The notes: generated by a model not told the origin, from the letters alone. A stretch of 64,000 bases of DNA from an uncultured Pseudomonadota bacterium (GCA_949298065.1 CASFUZ010000014.1:5395-69394); one strand, 5' to 3'; positions 18,017-28,463 are shown, counted from the stretch's first letter. Numbers and translations are program-made.

Positions 18017-19022
18017 GCTTTTTCAGGTACCAGTCTACAGTCTTAACAATACCCGTATCAAAGTTTTCATCAGCTTTCCAACCAAGTTGTGTTGTGAGCT
18101 TGGTTGCATCAATAGCATAACGACGGTCATGTCCCGGACGATCTGAAACAAAGACGATTAAGTCTTTATAAGAACCACCATCCTTCTTCGGGCACTTGCT
18201 ATCCAAAATAGAACAAATAGCATCAACAATCTGCAGATTGTTGCGCTCATTATGCCCACCGATATTATAAGTCTCACCGGACTTACCATTATGGAAAATC
18301 AAGTCAATAGCTTTGCAGTGATCCAAAACATAGAGCCAATCGCGAACATTTTTACCATCGCCGTAAATCGGAATATTTTTGCCGCTTAGAGCATTGGAAA
18401 TAATTTTGGGAATAAGCTTTTCGGGGTGCTGTTTCGGACCATAGTTGTTAGAACAGTTAGAAACCGTAACATTCATACCATAAGTGCGATGATATGCGCG
18501 CACCAACATATCCGAACTAGCCTTGGAAGCAGAATATGGAGAGCTCGGATCATAAGGTGTTGTTTCCTTAAAGAAACCTGTTTCTCCCAATGCGCCATAC
18601 ACCTCATCTGTAGAGATATGGTGGAAGCGGCAATCTTCATAACCGGCTTTAACCTTATGAGGAGCTTCCATCCAAGCATTACGAGCAACATCAAGCAACG
18701 TAAAGGTACCGACAATATTTGTTTCAATAAACGCCTTCGGACCGGTAATAGAATTATCCACATGGCTTTCTGCCGCAAAGTGAATAACACCTCTGATATC
18801 ATTTTCGGCAAAGAGTTTTTCAATCAAAGCTCTGTCACAAATATCACCCTGCACAAACTGATAATTTGCACAGTCTGCACAATCGGAAAGATTATCCAAA
18901 TTTCCGGCATAGGTTAACTTATCCAAATTGATGACCTTATATTCCGGATATTTCTTGGCAAAATAAGGTACGAAATTCGCACCGATAAAGCCGGCACCGC
19001 CGGTAACTAGAATAGACTTCAT
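18006..19022 (-). CDS. rfbB: dTDP-glucose 4,6-dehydratase
   Basis: Start at MKSILVTGGAGFIG (GGAG RBS). SDR extended-family motifs. YSASK catalytic YxxxK. Confidence 0.9.
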   Translation of the reverse strand: MKSILVTGGAGFIGANFVPYFAKKYPEYKVINLDKLTYAGNLDNLSDCADCANYQFVQGDICDRALIEKLFAENDIRGVIHFAAESHVDNSITGPKAFIETNIVGTFTLLDVARNAWMEAPHKVKAGYEDCRFHHISTDEVYGALGETGFFKETTPYDPSSPYSASKASSDMLVRAYHRTYGMNVTVSNCSNNYGPKQHPEKLIPKIISNALSGKNIPIYGDGKNVRDWLYVLDHCKAIDLIFHNGKSGETYNIGGHNERNNLQIVDAICSILDSKCPKKDGGSYKDLIVFVSDRPGHDRRYAIDATKLTTQLGWKADENFDTGIVKTVDWYLKKLKL

Positions 19023-19057
19023 ATTATTCTCCATAAAGTTTAATATTAAAATTTTTA

Positions 19058-20182
19058 CTAATCATATTCTCCCCCGAAAATCCGCGGATAATTGGCAAAA
19101 CGCTGAAAATATCTTTCCACCAACTCATCTACAACAATATCAGGCTTAGTTTCATCCACAACAGCCTCAATTTCAGAAAGTTTCTTTAACCCTGCCGCCG
19201 CATAAAAAGAATACGCAAAGGTCTTGTTAACATAAGGCATCAACGCCTCTGCAAAAGAATCACTCCACATCAAAATCCTTTGCGGATATTTCTTATTGCT
19301 GGCCACACATTCCTTAACAGATTCTATTTTAGAATTAGCTTGACAGTTTACGGAAATATCCGGCAAATAATCAACCTGATAGGCAAACTCCCGAGCCCCT
19401 ACCTCCATATCCATATCTCGCAATTTTCCTTTAGCTATATTCATATCTCGCAAATCAGGAACGGATACTTTTACACCTAAACCAACCAAACCAGAAGCTA
19501 AAGCATCAAACCCGACATAAGCACCAATATTATTCCAGTGCGTATCTTTTTTGAAATACAGATTTTGCTCAACTTTTTCTTTGGCAGCCAATATCACAGG
19601 CTTCGCATTAACAATTTCAGCTTTAACATGCTTTTTCAAATATTCAACAGCCTTATCCATCCGCGAAATATCTGATTTTCTGATTCTCTGCATTCTTTCC
19701 GGCATAAATTCGGAATAAATATTTTCCTTATTCGGAGCCACAAAAATAACATATTTTATACCGCGTTTAGCATAGAAATCATATGCCATATTGATACCTT
19801 CAACCATTTTGGCCAAATCATCATCATCAAAATAAACTTCGGCATAATAGTCAACCAACGTATTTCCGTTGTTAGCCTTAATAGAATCATAAAAAATCCA
19901 ACCATCTTGACCATAAAAATACTGCCCCGTATCAATATTCAAACTACGCTGTAACTTAACATATTTTGAAATAATTTTTTTGCGTCCGGCAAAAGTATCA
20001 TTATAATAAGCTTCAAATTCTTTTGCAAAATTTCTGGTAAACTCCGTAGGCTTTTCATTAAGCGGACGATTATCCATAATTGCCGTATTTGTATAAAACA
20101 AATTAGCCGCAAACGGATAAAAAACCATCACTAACATCAAAACTGCCGGAAGCAACATATATAAGCGAACAAATCTTAACAT
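19058..20182 (-). CDS. AlgJ/AlgX-like (SGNH-like) polysaccharide O-acetylation protein, N-terminal membrane anchor
   Basis: Conserved VAPNKENIYSEF and KKDTHWNNIGAYVG motifs shared with the paralog at 30851-32176; adjacent to an MBOAT gene (AlgI/AlgJ-type pairing). Confidence 0.6.
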   Translation of the reverse strand: MLRFVRLYMLLPAVLMLVMVFYPFAANLFYTNTAIMDNRPLNEKPTEFTRNFAKEFEAYYNDTFAGRKKIISKYVKLQRSLNIDTGQYFYGQDGWIFYDSIKANNGNTLVDYYAEVYFDDDDLAKMVEGINMAYDFYAKRGIKYVIFVAPNKENIYSEFMPERMQRIRKSDISRMDKAVEYLKKHVKAEIVNAKPVILAAKEKVEQNLYFKKDTHWNNIGAYVGFDALASGLVGLGVKVSVPDLRDMNIAKGKLRDMDMEVGAREFAYQVDYLPDISVNCQANSKIESVKECVASNKKYPQRILMWSDSFAEALMPYVNKTFAYSFYAAAGLKKLSEIEAVVDETKPDIVVDELVERYFQRFANYPRIFGGEYD

Positions 20183-20184
20183 AA

Positions 20185-21588
20185 TCAGAACCTGAAATAA
20201 ATAAACGGATTATATGTATTGCTGGCCAATAACAAGATGCTGAAATATGCAATCACAGCACAAAATGCCGGATTAACAGCCTTGAGCAACACATTTCCCC
20301 AATTCTCATGTTTCAAAACAGCAAAAACTTTCTGGTAAAGCATTACACCAAAGCCACAAGAAACAAAAGCCAACACCGCAACATAAACAAACTCGTTAGA
20401 TAAATATTTGCTGTAAGATTCCATATCAAAAGGCACAAACATTCTGTTCAAATACCCCCATGCAGCACCCAAAGTTTCTGCACGGAAGAAGACCCAAGCC
20501 ACAATAACAATCAGCAACGTATAAATACTCTGCAGCAAGCGAAACCTCAAAAATTTTTCAATCGGAAAAATTCGCTCCAAGACCAAGAAACAGCCATGAA
20601 ACAACCCCCAAATCACAAAGTTCCAACTCGCGCCATGCCACAAACCTGTCAGGAAAAACACAATCATCAAATTCCGATAAGTTTTTAGCGTCCCTTCTCT
20701 GTTTCCGCCCAACGGAATATACAAATACTCCTTAAACCAAGTGGAAAGAGAAATATGCCACCGCCGCCAAAAATCTTTAATAGAAGTTGCGGTATAAGGA
20801 TAATTAAAGTTCTCATGAATCTGGAAGCCAAACATCTTCCCTAAACCGATTGCCATATCCGAATATCCTGAAAAATCAAAATAGATTTGGAACGTATAGG
20901 CAATAATGCCAATCCATGCGGCAGGTGTGCTCAAATCATTAAGCCCCAAAGCAAAAATCTCATCGGCAGTTTTGGCCATAATATTAGCGATAATAACCTT
21001 TTTAGCCAAGCCTTGTAAAAAACGAACAGCCCCCTCATTAAACAAAGGCAAAGTAACCTGTCGTTTATCAATCTGACTGGCTATATCATAATATTTCAAA
21101 ATCGGACCGGCAATCAACTGCGGGAAGAAAGAGATAAACAAGCCCATTTTGATAATATTTCTCTGCGGCTCGCAAACTTTGCGATAAATATCCACCAAAT
21201 AAGAAATAGATTGGAAAGTGTAAAAAGAAATACCAATCGGCAAAGGCAAATGCTTAACCTCGACCTGCAGACCAAAGATTGCATTCACATTTTCCGTAAA
21301 GAAACCGGTATATTTGAAAACACCCAATAAGGCTAAGTTTACAAACACAGCCCAAAACAATGCTCTTTTGCGTTTATGTTCTTCTGCCGCACCGATTTTC
21401 AAACCACAAAAATAGTTTATGATAATAGATAAAATCATCACAAAAACATAAACCGGCTCGCCCCAAGCATAAAAGAACAAACTCGCAACCAACAAAATCA
21501 CATTGCGATATTGCTCTTTAGCAAGAAAATATAACGTAAAAACAACAGGCAAAAACAGCCATAAAAATATTAAGGAACTAAAGACCAC
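20185..21588 (-). CDS. MBOAT-family membrane-bound O-acyltransferase (AlgI/DltB-like), paralog 1
   Basis: 467 aa, polytopic, conserved MBOAT His region (LWHGASWNFVIWG). Paralog of 29433-30839 (same N-terminus pattern, identical C-terminus NTYNPFIYFRF). Confidence 0.85.
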   Translation of the reverse strand: MVFSSLIFLWLFLPVVFTLYFLAKEQYRNVILLVASLFFYAWGEPVYVFVMILSIIINYFCGLKIGAAEEHKRKRALFWAVFVNLALLGVFKYTGFFTENVNAIFGLQVEVKHLPLPIGISFYTFQSISYLVDIYRKVCEPQRNIIKMGLFISFFPQLIAGPILKYYDIASQIDKRQVTLPLFNEGAVRFLQGLAKKVIIANIMAKTADEIFALGLNDLSTPAAWIGIIAYTFQIYFDFSGYSDMAIGLGKMFGFQIHENFNYPYTATSIKDFWRRWHISLSTWFKEYLYIPLGGNREGTLKTYRNLMIVFFLTGLWHGASWNFVIWGLFHGCFLVLERIFPIEKFLRFRLLQSIYTLLIVIVAWVFFRAETLGAAWGYLNRMFVPFDMESYSKYLSNEFVYVAVLAFVSCGFGVMLYQKVFAVLKHENWGNVLLKAVNPAFCAVIAYFSILLLASNTYNPFIYFRF

Positions 21589-22414
21589 TGTTCAACTTCT
21601 CCACGCAATCTTTCAAACTTTCCGACCAATGCTTAATTTCTAAACCCAAATCCTCTTTGACTTTTCCTTTGTTTAAAACCGAATAGAAAGGACGTTTTGC
21701 CGGGGTTGGATAATCCTTGCTCTCAATAGGTTTAACTTTGCACTTCAAGCCAGACAATTTCATAATCTCAATGGCAAAGTCATACCACGAACAAACACCC
21801 TCGTTTGAAAAATGATACACTTCTTTCACGCCGACTTTGAGCTTAGGCAACATTGCCACAATGGCCTCTGCCAAATCTCGTGCATAAGTCGGCGTTCCGA
21901 CCTGGTCAAAGACCACGGTCAGATTTTCTCGCTCAGCTCCCAAACGGCGCATTGTTTTCACAAAATTATTGCCGAATGTAGAATAAAGCCATGCCGTACG
22001 TACCACAAAACAGCCGCTGGCTTTTTCCAAAACAGCTTTTTCTCCCGCCAATTTTGTAGCTCCATACACAGATTGCGGATGAGTTTCATCATCTTCTTTA
22101 TATGGTCTGTGTCCCAAACCATCAAAGACATAATCCGTTGAAACTTGTACCAAAGGCACACCTGTCTCCGCCAAATTCTTCGGCCCGTCCACATTAATTT
22201 TTTCAGCCAGCTGAGCATCACTTTCCGCTTTGTCAACAGCAGTATAAGCTGCACAATTAATAACCGCGCTGTATTTCTCCGGCTTAACAAAATTCTTCAC
22301 CGCACCGGCATCCGTAATATCCAACAACTCTCTATCTACATACTCAGCCGCATCACCCAAAATCAGGCGCAACTCATTTCCGAGTTGTCCGTTTGCTCCA
22401 ACAACTAAAAACAT
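21578..22414 (-). CDS. rfbD: dTDP-4-dehydrorhamnose reductase
   Basis: MFLVVGANGQLG Rossmann motif, RmlD-like length and motifs. Confidence 0.9.
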   Translation of the reverse strand: MFLVVGANGQLGNELRLILGDAAEYVDRELLDITDAGAVKNFVKPEKYSAVINCAAYTAVDKAESDAQLAEKINVDGPKNLAETGVPLVQVSTDYVFDGLGHRPYKEDDETHPQSVYGATKLAGEKAVLEKASGCFVVRTAWLYSTFGNNFVKTMRRLGAERENLTVVFDQVGTPTYARDLAEAIVAMLPKLKVGVKEVYHFSNEGVCSWYDFAIEIMKLSGLKCKVKPIESKDYPTPAKRPFYSVLNKGKVKEDLGLEIKHWSESLKDCVEKLNSGL

Positions 22415-22950
22415 GTAACATCCTTCAAAAACGGTGCATTTTTATCTTTTTCTGACAAAATAGCCTCTTCCGGCTTAATCTTCCAATCCACATGGATATC
22501 TGGGTCATCAAAGCGAATACCGCCCTCAGATTCTTTGTTATAGACATTATCACATTTATAAGTAAACACAGCTGTTTCAGATAATACGGAGAATCCATGC
22601 CCGAAACCACGCGGAATCATCAACTGACGTTTATTTTCTGCAGATAGCTCAACAGCCACATATTTTCCGAAAGTCTTAGAACCTTTACGCAAATCAACAG
22701 CCACATCCCAAACTGTTCCTTCCAATACGCGAACCAACTTTGCTTGCGCAAACTCGCCTTTCTGAAAATGAATACCACGGATTGTGCCATATTTGGACAT
22801 AGACTGGTTATCCTGAACAAAATTGTACTTCAATCCAGCCTCATCCATTTTTTGCTTATTATAGCTTTCAAAAAAATAACCGCGGTTATCCTCAAAAACC
22901 TGAGGTTCAATAACATAAACCCCTTCTATCGCCGTGTTAATAATCTTCAT
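22405..22950 (-). CDS. rfbC: dTDP-4-dehydrorhamnose 3,5-epimerase
   Basis: Cupin-fold RmlC motifs (EGVYVIEPQVFEDNRGYFFESY, RGIHFQ). Confidence 0.9.
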   Translation of the reverse strand: MKIINTAIEGVYVIEPQVFEDNRGYFFESYNKQKMDEAGLKYNFVQDNQSMSKYGTIRGIHFQKGEFAQAKLVRVLEGTVWDVAVDLRKGSKTFGKYVAVELSAENKRQLMIPRGFGHGFSVLSETAVFTYKCDNVYNKESEGGIRFDDPDIHVDWKIKPEEAILSEKDKNAPFLKDVTCF

Positions 22951-23821
22951 GACTATCCTCATATACGCGTTTTAAATAACTCTTATAATCAACACCGTCT
23001 TTTAGTGCGTCAATAAGCTTAAGCATTTGGGCATCATCAATAAAACCGCGCTTATAGGCAATTTCTTCAACACAAGCAATTTTGAGATCCTGACGTTTTT
23101 CAATAATGCCGATAAAATTAGAGGCATCTAACAAAGATTGCGGCGTACCGGCATCAAGCCAAGCATTACCGCGTTTCATTGTAACCACATTTAAGCGACC
23201 CTCTTCCAAATACTCTTTGTTCAAATCCGTAATTTCCAATTCACCTCTGGCAGAAGGCTTCAATTTGCGAGCCTTTTCAACCACATCGGATTTATAAAAA
23301 TACAAACCGACCACAGCATAATTAGACTTAGGCTGCTTGGGTTTTTCTTCAATGGAAATAGCTTTGTGATTTTTATCAAATTCAACCACACCGAAACGTT
23401 CCGGATCCGAGACATGGTACCCAAAGACCGTACCGCCGACATTTTTAGAAACCTCTTCGCGGAAGAGCTTTAGCTGTTCACCCATATAGAAGATATTATC
23501 TCCCAAAATCAAGCAAACATCATCATTACCGATAAAATCAGCACCGATGGTAAAAGCTTGCGCAATACCTTTCGGTTCATCCTGAACCTTATAGCAAATA
23601 TCCAAGCCAAGTTGTTTTCCGTCACCAAATAATTTTTCAATATTCGGCGTATCTTGCGGTGTGGAAATAATCAAAATCTCTCTGATACCAAACAACATCA
23701 ACGTTGACAAAGGATAATAAATCATCGGTTTATCATAAACCGGCAAAAGTTGTTTACTGGTTGTTTTGGTCAGCGGATAAAGTCTGGAACCGCTTCCTCC
23801 AGCTAAAATGATACCTTTCAT
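22937..23821 (-). CDS. rfbA: glucose-1-phosphate thymidylyltransferase
   Basis: Start at MKGIILAGGSGSRLYPLT (ATG 23819-23821, AGAGAGG RBS); RmlA motifs throughout. Confidence 0.9.
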   Translation of the reverse strand: MKGIILAGGSGSRLYPLTKTTSKQLLPVYDKPMIYYPLSTLMLFGIREILIISTPQDTPNIEKLFGDGKQLGLDICYKVQDEPKGIAQAFTIGADFIGNDDVCLILGDNIFYMGEQLKLFREEVSKNVGGTVFGYHVSDPERFGVVEFDKNHKAISIEEKPKQPKSNYAVVGLYFYKSDVVEKARKLKPSARGELEITDLNKEYLEEGRLNVVTMKRGNAWLDAGTPQSLLDASNFIGIIEKRQDLKIACVEEIAYKRGFIDDAQMLKLIDALKDGVDYKSYLKRVYEDSHEDY

Positions 23822-23912
23822 AACAAAAACCTCTCTTGTTACACAAACAGAATGGACGTATTTTATACCAGCTTTTCGGCAAAGCAATCTTTTTCCCTAT
23901 CATATTCACAAA

Positions 23913-23945
23913 AAACCCCGCCATTCAGCGGGGTTTTAGTTGTTT
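23913..23945 (-). terminator. intrinsic terminator after permease gene
   Basis: ccccgc-cattca-gcgggg hairpin followed by T-run on minus strand. Confidence 0.65.
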
Positions 23946-23951
23946 TTTAGG

Positions 23952-25289
23952 CTAATTATATTCTAAAAACAAGAAGATATTTGCAATCGCTACACTTAAA
24001 AGCATAACGGGGATTGACCAAATCAAAAATCCCAAAAACTTAATCGGATGCCCTTCTCGCATAGCCATCCCGGCAACAACCACATTGGCTGAAGCGCCGA
24101 TAAGTGTTCCGTTTCCGCCAAAGCATGCACCCAAAGACAACGCCCACCAGACAGGCATCATCACCTCTCTGCCGCCGACAGATTCCTCCATAGATTTAAT
24201 CATCGGAATCATTGTCGCCACAAAGGGAATATTATCAATTACGCTGGAAAGAATTGCCGAGCTCCACAAAACCAAATAAGTCATAGCCGTCAAGCTTCCA
24301 CCGGTCAATTCCAAGAACCAATGTCCAAGGGCTTCCAAAACACCAGTTTCTTCCAAACCATAAACAATCACAAACAAACCGGTAAAGAAGAAAATCGTTG
24401 TCCAGTCAACCAAACCAAAGACTTCTTGCACTTTCGCATCTCTATCTTCGCCCTTAAACTTCCAGCTATAAAGCAACAATAAAACAGCCGCCCCGACCAG
24501 AGCAATTGTGCCGTTATCCAGGTTTAACTGTTTTGCCGAGACAAAGGCCGCAATCACGCAAGCCAAAACGAATAAAGAGTTATAAAGCAATCCTTTATCA
24601 ACAATACAGTCAACTTCATTCATAGACATCACAGCCGCTTTGCAGTCATCACTTGTGGTCATGCGTCTTCCCCAAATAAGGTCAAACATAATGAGCAAAA
24701 CAACCATTGTAGCCACAACAACCGGCGTCAAATGATAAACAAAATCCATAAAAGATAAACCGACGGACGAGCCGATAAGAATATTCGGCGGATCACCGAT
24801 AAGCGTTGCCGTACCGCCGATGTTTGAAGCAAAAATCTCCAAAATCAGATACGGATACGGATTTATTTTCAGCGTCCGGGTAATCTGAAACGTCACGGGA
24901 GCAATCAGTAATACCGTTGTAACATTATCCAAAAATGCCGAGAACACAGCCGTAACCACCGGCAGCACAATCAACAATCCGCGCGGCGATGCTTTAACTC
25001 TTTTTGCGCCCCAAACCGCCACGAACTGAAAAATACCCGATTTTTCAGAAATACCAACAATAATCATCATACCGGTCAATAAGGCCAAAGTGTTAAAATC
25101 AACACCTTTTAAAGCTGTTTGTTGTGTCAAAATCCCAGATATAATCATCACTCCGGCACCGAGCAAAGCGATAATGGCACGGTTAATTTTTTCACTGAAA
25201 ATAATCAGATAACAAACAGACATAATCACGATTGCCAACATCTGCGGATGCAATCCCCAAATCAAAGACACATCATTCAAATTATCCAT
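23952..25289 (-). CDS. ArsB/NhaD-superfamily anion/ion permease
   Basis: 445 aa, about 12 TM segments; FLDNVTTVLLIAPV motif typical of the ArsB/NhaD/CitMHS permease superfamily. Confidence 0.65.
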   Translation of the reverse strand: MDNLNDVSLIWGLHPQMLAIVIMSVCYLIIFSEKINRAIIALLGAGVMIISGILTQQTALKGVDFNTLALLTGMMIIVGISEKSGIFQFVAVWGAKRVKASPRGLLIVLPVVTAVFSAFLDNVTTVLLIAPVTFQITRTLKINPYPYLILEIFASNIGGTATLIGDPPNILIGSSVGLSFMDFVYHLTPVVVATMVVLLIMFDLIWGRRMTTSDDCKAAVMSMNEVDCIVDKGLLYNSLFVLACVIAAFVSAKQLNLDNGTIALVGAAVLLLLYSWKFKGEDRDAKVQEVFGLVDWTTIFFFTGLFVIVYGLEETGVLEALGHWFLELTGGSLTAMTYLVLWSSAILSSVIDNIPFVATMIPMIKSMEESVGGREVMMPVWWALSLGACFGGNGTLIGASANVVVAGMAMREGHPIKFLGFLIWSIPVMLLSVAIANIFLFLEYN

Positions 25290-25382
25290 ACTAATCCTCC
25301 GAACAAAATTCGCTACTTTTGATAAAAGACAGCAAAAATTACGGGATAAAAAGAATTTTTTTCAAGTTATGCGCCGATTTTT

Positions 25383-25901
25383 TTATTTAGTAACTTCCCA
25401 ACTCTTGGAAAATTCCTCATCTTTAAACAAATTAGCCAACCCCGTAATTTGTTTTAAGCGCAACAACTCATCGGCTGACATTCCGATATTTCGGCAAATC
25501 CAAGAATCACTTTTCCCCATTTCCAAAAGCTCAGCCACAATATTACTCATCAAATCCACACTATGGCTGCCGCGTGCACGGTTATGCCTGATGGTTGAAG
25601 CCATTCTCTCCCCCAATTCTTTATCAATAACCACCACCGGCATTTTACCTTTTTCACGATTTCTGATTCTTTCACTGGTAAGCATTGTTGTAAAACGATG
25701 AAACCCATCCACGACAATATATTCGTCATTTGCCTTATCATAATAACAAACAATTGGCTGTGTAAAACCATCCTCCCAAATAGAAATTTCCAAAAGCTTC
25801 ATCTCCGGCGGAGCAACTTTGTTGGGGTTATAATCATTTGCTTTAATCTTTTCCAGAGGGATAGCTCTGACATTATAAACAGGACTGACAAATTCGCTCA
25901 T
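25383..25901 (-). CDS. ParB/Srx-like nuclease-domain protein (IbrB/YbdM-like)
   Basis: ParB N-domain pattern IPLEKIKANDYNPNKV...VVDGFHRFTT...HNRARG. GAGG RBS. Immediately downstream of the PAPS-reductase-like gene. Confidence 0.75.
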   Translation of the reverse strand: MSEFVSPVYNVRAIPLEKIKANDYNPNKVAPPEMKLLEISIWEDGFTQPIVCYYDKANDEYIVVDGFHRFTTMLTSERIRNREKGKMPVVVIDKELGERMASTIRHNRARGSHSVDLMSNIVAELLEMGKSDSWICRNIGMSADELLRLKQITGLANLFKDEEFSKSWEVTK

Positions 25902-25911
25902 TTACCCTACC

Positions 25912-27213
25912 TCATAAATTTTTATATTTTTCCATCAATGCCTTTTGTCTCAAATTTTGTTTTTGTGTTTGAGCAAAGCCCATATACTTACACAAATGAT
26001 CATTTTTCAATATACAAACAGCCATTCTTTTCCATGAGGGAATATCAATGGTAGATTTAATATCATCAGTATGATCCGGAGTTCCCAAAAACACAATTTT
26101 TTCTTTACTGCTTTTATAATTGCTCTTACCATTATGCCGAATAGGATAATTGCAAGCCTCCAATTCCTTAATAGCAGCATCGTCAACCACACCACCTTTT
26201 TTCCACCAAAACCTAATAGAGGTTTTAAACTTTTCAATATAATTTCGCCTCATTGAATCAGGTAAAGTTGCCAACAAAAACTTCACATAGCTACGCCAAG
26301 TATGCCCCGGCGGCAATTCAATCTTACGAGCACCCAAAGCATGAGAATTTCCATAAATTGCACCGAAATTTGCGCCCTGCACCCGAGACACGATGCGAAC
26401 CCATGTTGAGGGTTCCAAAACCCTATATAGATTAAGACTATCCTTGGCCGTTTCATGATAAGGACTGGCAACCCGCATCTGATGAATAGAAAGCCCTGCT
26501 TTCCAAAACAAATCATAAATCCGATTATAATCATAATCAAACTTACCATTGGCTATCCACACATCCTTTGTTGTCCAATCATACATTGGATAAGCGTTCC
26601 ACCAATTTTCCCCCATTTTCGTTGTCCACTGATTCCCTTTCAGAATAGTTTTACGGTCATTAGCATAAGCCCGATACCGATTAAGGGATTCATCGGCCCG
26701 AATACCGAGCAAACAAATTGTCTTCCCTTTCTTTTGTCTGGAATACCAATCACCAAACTCAGCATACAAATCTTCTTGTACCATTTTATAACGATAAAAA
26801 TCAAAAGGATTATTATCCATATTAATAATGTATGGCATTTTGGGCATAGGCCGCACCCACAAATTTTTCTGATCCGGATCCCAAGTATACCAATACATCT
26901 GATAATTACTAACTGCGCAACGAGACCCCATCGGCAAACAAACCCAATAAGGCTCAATATCGCTCATATTATTTTCAAACATTCTGGTAACAAAATCCGT
27001 TGTTGTCTGATATTGAGCCTCAAAATCCTGATGAAAAACACCAATTTTCTTGGTAATATTATTCCTTCGTTTGTAGCTCAAAACCATATTTAACAACAAA
27101 CCACTATCTTTGCCACCGGAAAAAGAAACATAAATATTATCAAAATTATCAAAAATAAATTTCAATCTTTCCTGCAAAGCCTCATAAACATTTTTTTCCA
27201 AATATTTCTTCAT
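25912..27213 (-). CDS. PAPS-reductase-like PP-loop ATP pyrophosphatase with C-terminal DUF3440-like region (IbrA/YbdN-like)
   Basis: PP-loop SFSGGKDSG. Start taken at MKKYLEK (ATG 27211-27213), preceded by a strong AGGAGG RBS. That ATG overlaps the upstream gene's TGA stop as ATGA. Confidence 0.8.
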   Translation of the reverse strand: MKKYLEKNVYEALQERLKFIFDNFDNIYVSFSGGKDSGLLLNMVLSYKRRNNITKKIGVFHQDFEAQYQTTTDFVTRMFENNMSDIEPYWVCLPMGSRCAVSNYQMYWYTWDPDQKNLWVRPMPKMPYIINMDNNPFDFYRYKMVQEDLYAEFGDWYSRQKKGKTICLLGIRADESLNRYRAYANDRKTILKGNQWTTKMGENWWNAYPMYDWTTKDVWIANGKFDYDYNRIYDLFWKAGLSIHQMRVASPYHETAKDSLNLYRVLEPSTWVRIVSRVQGANFGAIYGNSHALGARKIELPPGHTWRSYVKFLLATLPDSMRRNYIEKFKTSIRFWWKKGGVVDDAAIKELEACNYPIRHNGKSNYKSSKEKIVFLGTPDHTDDIKSTIDIPSWKRMAVCILKNDHLCKYMGFAQTQKQNLRQKALMEKYKNL

Positions 27214-28460
27214 AATGTCAAGGCCTCCTCCTTTGAAATCATACGACAAACATTAGACAAGACATTTCTTTTACGACTCAAATTTTGCCTGATAAGTTTA
27301 TCCAATCCCGTATTAATCCAAAGATTATAAACATTGATACTTTGTCCCGAATAAGACTGATATACATTATGCATACACTGCAACTTGCTTTTATAATCAA
27401 ATGTTTGAGAAAAATAAATAATATTATTGCAATTACACAAATCCAAACCTCTGGAATCCACCCCATAAGTAGAAAACATAATATTTATTCTTTGCCCAAA
27501 AAGCTTAACTGCTTTTTTCTTATTACTACGCCCGGACAAAATAACATACTTCCCTCTTTGGAGTAAACCACTTTCCACAAAAAAACTAATTTCATCAAGA
27601 TATTTAAGATATATAATAACTTTTTCATTACGCTCTAGAATTTCGTTAATTAAGCGAAACAAACCCTCTACCTTATTTTTAGCAAGAGTATAAATATGCT
27701 GAAAACGCTGCACGACCTCCATAAATACCACCTGCTCTTTATCTTGAAGAAAAGCATTTTTCTCTTCCTGATAACTATCCTCTTCTTTTTGTGTTAAATC
27801 AAAAAAAAGATCAATATAATTAAGATTAAAACGGTCTTCCAAATCACACTCAAAAATAAAAGGGCGCATTTGCTCAATCAAAATTTTTTCATTTTCCGGC
27901 TTTGACCATTTCCGAACTGTTCCATCATCATAAGGAGACAGATAAGTATTAAGAAACTGGCTCTCAGACATATTAAGCACAGAAGGATGCATAAACTCAA
28001 TCTGAGAATACAAATCTACCAACCCCTGTGTTAATGGCAAACTACTTAAAATCAGACGATAATCAAACATATTACGCATCAGCAGCAAACGCTTAGTCCG
28101 TCCGGCCTCAGTATTTTTGATTGTAATACTCTCATCTACCACACAAAAAACCCTGTATTTCTCAGCCAAAGAATAAAGCTGCAGATAATGCAAATCAGAA
28201 CAAGAAATATTTTCAATGGAAAAAAAATAAATTTCTTTTTTCAAGTCAATCAAATTTTCATCAATAATATCAGCATACCCCTTCCACGCTAAAAAAGAAG
28301 AAGGAGCAATCCACACCACAACATCTATCTCACCTTGTTTGTCTTTAACTAAATCCAGAGCCGCCTTAATCTTCTTGGAGCCCATCTTCATAAACAAAGC
28401 ACCCGCTTTAAGTCTTGATAATTTGGCGCTGGAAGATTCAAAATTGCAATCTTTATCCAT
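27210..28460 (-). CDS. minimal SNF2-family helicase-like protein with degenerate ATPase motifs (probable pseudo-ATPase)
   Basis: SNF2 motif Ia VVVWIAPSSFLAWKGY; motif II VFCVVDESITIKN (DExH-KN); motif III RLILSSLPLTQGLVDLYSQIEFMHPSVL; motifs IV-VI in the C-lobe (IMFSTYGVDSRGLDL...YQSYSGQSINVYNLW). Walker A replaced by KMGSKKI; Arg fingers missing. Confidence 0.7.
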   Translation of the reverse strand: MDKDCNFESSSAKLSRLKAGALFMKMGSKKIKAALDLVKDKQGEIDVVVWIAPSSFLAWKGYADIIDENLIDLKKEIYFFSIENISCSDLHYLQLYSLAEKYRVFCVVDESITIKNTEAGRTKRLLLMRNMFDYRLILSSLPLTQGLVDLYSQIEFMHPSVLNMSESQFLNTYLSPYDDGTVRKWSKPENEKILIEQMRPFIFECDLEDRFNLNYIDLFFDLTQKEEDSYQEEKNAFLQDKEQVVFMEVVQRFQHIYTLAKNKVEGLFRLINEILERNEKVIIYLKYLDEISFFVESGLLQRGKYVILSGRSNKKKAVKLFGQRINIMFSTYGVDSRGLDLCNCNNIIYFSQTFDYKSKLQCMHNVYQSYSGQSINVYNLWINTGLDKLIRQNLSRKRNVLSNVCRMISKEEALTL

Positions 28461-28463
28461 CTT

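Noticed and set aside
27210-27249. 40-bp overlap between the SNF2-like ORF and the long form of the PAPS-reductase-like ORF (start MSYDFKGG at 27249)
   Set aside because: The internal ATG at 27211-27213 (MKKYLEK) has a strong AGGAGG RBS and forms an ATGA stop-start junction, so the longer N-terminal extension is probably not translated.
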